A stretch of 64,000 bases of DNA, taken from the NCBI GenBank assembly GCA_030324005.1, contig JARDVH010000157.1:22766208-22830207 (forward strand), read 5' to 3'. The notes beneath the pieces are model-generated. The model was not told where the DNA came from. It saw nothing but the letters and a program-made list of their open reading frames with translations, and did not search any database. Below are positions 60,868-64,000 of this stretch, one piece after another (position 1 is the stretch's first letter; every line of letters begins with the position of its first letter). The DNA is from Negaprion brevirostris. Lineage: Eukaryota. The position numbers and the translations under genes were made by a program.

Positions 60868-61100
60868 TTTAGAATCCTTACAGTGCAGAAAGAGGCTATT
60901 CAGCCCATTGAGCCTGCACCAACAATCCCACCCTGGCCCTACCACTGTAACCTCACCTATTTACCATGCTAATCCCCTGACACTAAGGGCCAGTTTAGCA
61001 TGGCCAATCCACCTAACCTGCTTGTCTTTGCACTGAGAGGTGAAATCAGAACACCCAGAGGAAACCCACGCAGACATGGGGAGAATGTGCAAACTCCAAA
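60868..61100 (-). mobile_element. HE1-type SINE with CR1-like tail, 5' truncated, nested in CR1
   Basis: TAGAATCCTTACAGTGCAGAAAGAGGCTATTCAGCCC...AGCATGGCCAATCCACCTAACC...GAGAATGTGCAAACTCCA. Confidence 0.85.
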
Positions 61101-62229
61101 TACTATAAAAGCCAAACAGACGTCTGCAGATTAGATGGTATAAAATGTCACTGCACTATTTAAGAAGGGAGGAAGAGAGAAAAGAGGAAACCAGAATTGT
61201 TAGCCTTGCCATCAGAGTAGGGGAAGTGTCACAATATATTCTAAAGGATATGATAAATGGACACTTGGATAACAATGCTCTGATTGGCAAAATTGACATG
61301 AATGCATGAATGAGAAATCATGCTTGACAAATATGTTGGGAGATTTTTAGGATGTTAATTACAATTGATAAAGGGGACATATGGTAATCGGAAGTTAATT
61401 TGCAAAATTAAAGCACGTGGAATAGGAGATAATATACTGGCATTGATTAAGGATTGGTTAACAGGCAGAAATCAGACAGCATGAATAAATTAGTCATTTT
61501 TGCGATCTCAGGCTGTGACTAGTGGGGTATACAAGGATTAGTACTTGGTTCCAGTTCTTCACAATCTATAGCAATGATTTGGATGTGGGACCAAGTATAG
61601 TATTTCCAAATTCGGGATGACACAAAGCTAGATGGGAGTGTTTGTTGTGAGGAAGGTGTACAGTGGCTTCAACGGAATTTGGACAGACTGAGTGGGCAAG
61701 AACATGGTAGATGGAACATAATGGGGAAAATTTGAGGTTATCCACTTTGGTAGGAGGAATAGATTATTTTTTAATGGTAAGAAAATAGAAAGTATAAATG
61801 TACAAAGGGACCTGGTGTCTTTGTAAATGAATCAGTGAAAGCTAAAATGAAGGTGCAGCAAGCAATTAAGGGAAGCTAATGGTATGGTGTTTATCATGGG
61901 GACTTGAGTACAGGAGTAGCAAACTCTGCCTTCAATTGTGCAGAACCTTGTTTAGACTGCGCCTGGTGTACTGCGTGCAGTTTTGGTCCCACTACATCAG
62001 GAAGGATATTCTGATAGAATGCAGCAAAGGTTCACAAACAGATTCCTGCGATGAAAGCTACAAAATAAAGGAATAAACAGGGTAGATGCAGATAAAATGT
62101 TTCCCCTGATTGGAGAGTCTAAAACCAGGGACACAATTTCAAAATAAGGGGGACTGGAGGATGCATGAAATTCTCGAAGATGGTGGAATCAGATTCCATA
62201 CTTCCAAAAGACAATTGGACACTTTTTGA

Positions 62230-64000
62230 ATGCCTTTTTGAAATACAAATACGTATCTACATCTACTGGTTCCCCTTTTCCCATCCTACTTGTTCTATCC
62301 TCAAGGAACTCTTAATTTGTTAAGCATGATTTTTCCTTCCCTGAACAGTGCTGACTCTGATTGTATTCTGATCTGCTAAGTGTCCTGCTACTACCTCCTT
62401 TCTAATGGATTTTAGCATTTCCCCACTGACGATGTTAGACTGTCTATCATTTATTGCTCTCTGCCTCGCTCCTTTTTTGAATAGTGTCAGAATTGCCATT
62501 TTACAATCTGCTGGGACCTGATCAGAACCTAGGGAGTTTTGGTAGATAATAATCCAATGCATCCACTATTTGCTGTCGTTTCTATAAGACCAGGTTCTGA
62601 GGATTTTTTTTAACCTTTAATGCTATTAATTTTTAATTGCACTCATTCTCTAGTGACAGCAGCTGGTTAAAGTTGTTCCTTTTTTCCTCTTGATTTTTAA
62701 CTATATTTGAGAGGTTTTCTGTGACTTCCACTGTGAAGACAGATTCAAATGTTTGTTCAAATCTCTGCTATTTCCTCTTTTTTAACTTATTCAGGGGGAT
62801 GTGGGTGTCATTGGCCTTGAACTGAATGTATTTCTGAGGACATGTTAAGAGTCAACCAGATTTCCTTCCCTAAAGGGCATTAGTGAACCCGATGGGTTTT
62901 TACAACAATCGACAATGGTTTTGTGGTCATCAGTTGATTTTAATTCCAGATTTTTTTAAAAATTGAATTCAAATTTCACCATCAGCCTTGGTGATGATTT
63001 GATCCCAGGTCCTCAGTGCATTATCCTGGGCCTCTAGGATTATTAGTCCAATGACAATACCACTATACCACCGCCTCTCCCATTTCCCATTACTAATTCC
63101 CCAGTCTCCCCTCTAAGGAACCAGTGCTTACTTTGGTTACTTTTTTTATGTACCTGCTTTTACTGTCTGTTGTTGTATTTTTTGCTGGTTTTCTCTTGTT
63201 TCCAATTTCTCCCTCTATTTTATTTTAGTCAGCTTTTGGTTTCTAAAATTATCCCAACATTCCTGGCTGCCGCTAATCTGCTAATCTTTTGTACATAATT
63301 TCTTTCAATTTGATACAATTCTTAGCCACAGCTGGCGTATTCCTATAATGGTGTCTTTACCCATAACCCTTTAAATTAGTCCTGTTCAAGTACATGACCA
63401 GTTGTCTTTTGAAAGTATGGAATCTGGTTCCACTACCTTCAAAGATTTCTATATATGGATCTATATGTCCTCTGGTGACTGCACTGTAAAAAGTGTAATG
63501 TGTTTTGGGGCAGCCAGTGGTCATAAAAGACAGTACATCAGGGCAAGTTTTTTCTGCTCTTGCACTTATGACTATGGTGCTATTTAGATTATACTGCCTC
63601 ACCACTTCATTTCTCTCAAAATGTGTCACTTCAGACTTAACCTCATTAAATGATGTACCTGCCTATGTAACCAACCTGTCCATGTCCTCCTGAATTTCGC
63701 CACTGTTCTCATCACTGTTTACTACATTGCCAAGTTTTGTATCATCCACAAATTTTGGAATTATACGTTCTGTAGCCATGTCTTGATTATTCATATATAA
63801 CCAAAAATGCAATGAGGTTCTAATACTGGGAGTCCCCGTTCCTTTCCAGTCAGAAAAACATGCATTTAGCACTACCCTCTGCCTCCTAACTATTGGCCAA
63901 TTATTTACCCAAGTTATTGTTGTTCCTGAATACCATTTACTTCTGAGTGCAATAAGTGATGTCTTGAAAATCTAAATGTTACAACATCTACTGCACTACC
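62230..64000 (-). mobile_element. Decayed minus-strand CR1-like fragments, with a nested tRNA-derived SINE of another family at ~62790-63078
   Basis: Minus-strand remnants IIYQNSLGSDQVPADCKMAILTLFKKG and IPKFVDDTKLGNVVNSDE. The SINE shares sequence with 55048-55285 (AAACCCATC.GGTTCA.TAATG). Confidence 0.72.

Larger units (their letters stand above)
58760..62200 (+). mobile_element. Long decayed CR1-like ORF2 (APE endonuclease plus RT) with nested insertions
   Basis: YDLIAIMETWLQGDQDWDLNI (~58817), IIMGDFNLHIDW, AILDLVLYN, KSCLTN, ISKF-DDTKL (~61600) and LVYCVQFWS occur in colinear order. Confidence 0.85.

Overview
Eukaryotic, AT-rich, retroelement-dense DNA, most likely from a shark or other elasmobranch (inferred from the HE1-type and Deu-type SINEs and the CR1/L2/Rex/Penelope content). 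It comes from a gapped draft assembly with many 10-N and 100-N placeholders. The window holds the 3' part of one + strand gene, SPEN (SHARP/MINT). Twelve coding exons were reconstructed by hand with consistent splice phases: 22566-22726, 24910-25110, 26052-26203, 30237-30362, 32043-32156, 33647-33760, 34292-34392, a ~9 kb exon at 36869-45837 interrupted by three gaps, 50358-50783, 51391-51585, 51740-51898 and 52713-52844 (stop). They encode RRM2-4, the large disordered middle region with the RBPJ-binding motif, and the SPOC domain. The first exons lie upstream of the window, so 1-22565 is one large intron. Exon numbers and human comparisons are from recall, not from an alignment. The most notable observations are: (i) a ~170 bp palindrome next to a decayed Penelope element, with a minimal hammerhead-ribozyme motif at its centre; (ii) a 10/11-aa coding tandem repeat inside the giant exon; (iii) an apparent Lys-to-Pro change in the RBPJ-binding motif; (iv) a GC-AG intron before the giant exon; (v) one SINE body carrying two different LINE-like 3' tails. 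I found no convincing new protein-coding system. Almost all short ORFs in the track are noise or decayed transposons.
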